Assembly: GCA_043228905.1 (NCBI GenBank)
Contig: JBHGNT010000015.1
Span: forward strand, 18,538,001 to 18,602,000
Length of the DNA: 64,000 bases
From: Azolla caroliniana
Lineage: Eukaryota > Plantae > Polypodiophyta
Direction: 5' to 3'
Below the pieces are notes generated by a model, which was not told the origin of the DNA, did no database searches, and saw only the letters and a list, made by a program, of their open reading frames with translations. A program made the position numbers and the translations under genes. Positions 62,045 to 64,000 of the stretch are shown here, piece after piece (within the stretch, counting starts at the first letter, position 1; each line of letters starts with the position of its first letter).

Positions 62045-63224
62045 ACACACCCACCCACATACACCCACACACACCCACACACACACCCACACGCACACAC
62101 ACTCACACACACACTCTCTCTCACACACGCACACGCGCACACACACACACACACACGCACACGCACACGCACACGCACACACATCTGTGTCTTCCCTTGC
62201 ATTCCCGCATATGAACGAACCGAATAGGGCATGGTCAAATTCGGGACGGAGCCAATGTTTAAGGCTGAGCCTGCTTCTTCAATTTTTTTTTTTTCCGGAG
62301 GGTGAGAACGCGAAGAGCATCATCATGTGGCCGACAACTCGGAATCGAGGTGGGGGCGGGCGGGGGGGGGGGGGGGGGACAAAATTGATGAGTAATGGAA
62401 TGGTGTGTGAAAGTGGACATTTGGGGGGTGGGGGGATGAAGGGGGTGACCGGGAGGAACCGGCTGAGCCGGTAGGCCTATGAGCTAGGTCTTCTTCTCCC
62501 TTTCCTCTTCTTCTTCTTCCTCTTCCTCTTCCTTCCTTTTGTGTGTGTTTTGTGAAGAAGAAGAAGAAGAAGAAGAAGAAGAAGGAAGAAGAAGAGAAGG
62601 AAGAAGAGAAGAAGAAGGAAGAAGGAGAGAAGGAAGGAAGGAAGAAGAAGAAGGAAAGAAAGAAGACATCTCCTCCTCCTCCTCCTCCTCCTCCTTCTTA
62701 AGTTTAAGTTTAAGTTAAGTAAGTAAGTAGCTCTTACTCTTCTTCTTCTTCTTCTTCTTCTTCTTCTTCATCTCTTCTTCTTCCTTCCCCTGCCCTGCTC
62801 TGCTCTGCTCTGAGCTTCTGCACAATCTACCCCCTTCCCTTCCGCCATATCCATCTTCTCTGTTTCCTTCTCCCCTCCCTTCCCCTCCCTTCCCCTCCCA
62901 TTCTCTTCTGTTTCCCCCTTGAATTCCTCAAATTTCCCTGATTTCTGAAATCTCCCTGATTCCTGATTCCCCGATTTCTGAATTCTCCCCGATTTCTGAA
63001 TTCGTCGCTTCTAATTCCTGATTCCTCCTTCACCTCTGGACTTTCTCCTTCCTCCTTCCTCTTCCATCTCCAAGTTTCTCTCTTCCGTCTTTCTCCATAC
63101 CTGATAACCCCCCCCCCCCCCCCCCTAATCTGAGTTTTCCAGTCTTTCCCTTCCTGTGCGTGTCTTCTTCTTTCTTCTGATCCTCCCGCCCTTCCGTTCT
63201 GATATCTGTACTTTCCCCCCCTTC

Positions 63225-63255
<31 letters not shown>

Positions 63256-63600
63256 CATACCCAAACTCTGATCCCCCTCCCCCTCTCCTTTCTCCATGTC
63301 TGTCTGCAACTTTTCTTCTGTTACCTCCTTCATTCATCTTCCGCCTTTCCCTGTGCTTTTCGCTCTCAGTCTTTTTTCTATCTCCATCGCTCTGTTCTCC
63401 TTTCTCCTTAATTTTTGTTTTTCTTTCTTGCTGTCTTCGTTTTCCTTTTTCTTATCCTCTATCTCTCCTTCCCTCTGCTTTTATGTCTATCTCCTCCTTA
63501 TGCATCGCCTTTTCAGTCTCTGTGTCTTCCCCCTTTCATCTCTTTCCCTTCCTCATGTGCTAACCACCGTCTTTAAAATTCATCTTGTTATCTTTGTTTT
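62045..63600 (+). promoter_or_regulatory. Microsatellite and pyrimidine-rich putative promoter, 5' UTR and leader intron
   Basis: (CA)n, G-runs, (CTT)/(GAA)n, possible GTAAGT donors at ~62719, long CT-rich tract ending in the acceptor TTTTCTTGCAG (63607). Confidence 0.4.
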
Positions 63601-63617
63601 CTTGCAGGAAAGCTTAA

Positions 63618-63667
63618 ATGAAAGGAGGAAAGGCAAAGACTGGTCTGTCCAAACAGACGGAAGAAAC
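63618..63667 (+). CDS. Probable first coding exon of an HMGB (HMG-box) gene; remainder outside window
   Basis: Acceptor at 63607, ATG 10 nt later, MKGGKAKTGLSKQTEE, phase-2 GT donor at 63668; resembles the MKG(G/A)KSK N-terminus and short first exon of plant HMGB genes. HMG box not visible. Confidence 0.45.
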
Positions 63668-64000
63668 GTATGATTCCCTTGAAACCATAGCTCAAATAAT
63701 GATATTCTGTTTTGTTTATTTTTGTTGAATAATCGTCCACAAATTCTCTCTCTATATATACACACACACAGAGTGAGAGTGAGAGATAAATTGTTCCTAT
63801 TGATGCACTTTGAAGTAGATGAATTGTTTCTATGCTAGCCTGACTGATAAAAGATCTGTATGCGTTCTGAAGAACACAAAACATTGATGATTCTTTTTTC
63901 GAAAAGAATCCCTGAATTAGGAGGGTTTTGGCTGAAATAACGAGCGAAACAATCATGATTTTCCGTAGCAAGTGCAATTCACATGATTTCTCTCTGAGTC

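Noticed and set aside
61869-63563. His/Thr-, Glu/Arg- and Ser/Leu/Phe-rich ORFs
   Set aside because: Translations of (CA)n and (CT)n/(CTT)n tracts.

Overview
Repeat-rich land-plant nuclear DNA. A SHIPPO/PGP-repeat axonemal-type gene, PLS-type PPR relics and the retroelement landscape suggest a plant with flagellated sperm, such as a fern or lycophyte; this is inference. Two apparently intact, single-ORF host genes are present: a 410-aa SHIPPO-repeat (ODF3/CIMAP1/STPG-like) protein at 14238-15470 (+), and an RLCK-XI-type receptor-like kinase at 34583-37915 (-) whose kinase domain is split by a ~650-aa insert. The first coding exon of a probable HMGB gene lies at 63618-63667. Most of the rest is transposon-derived: the 3' end of a young Tnt1-like Copia, a two-LTR Copia lacking RNase H, two decayed LINEs, a 2.5-kb non-autonomous hAT carrying tandem exon-like cassettes, a hAT-type MITE, seven TSD-flanked solo LTRs, and a ~15-kb four-level Copia/Copia/Copia/Gypsy nest remodelled by deletions. 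No CRISPR array or intact RNA gene was found, and no wholly new system can be demonstrated from sequence alone. The most intriguing items are the exon-cassette array in the hAT, the plant SHIPPO gene, the expanded kinase insert, the LINE foldback and the rapidly re-patterned CCGG hairpin arrays in one LTR family.
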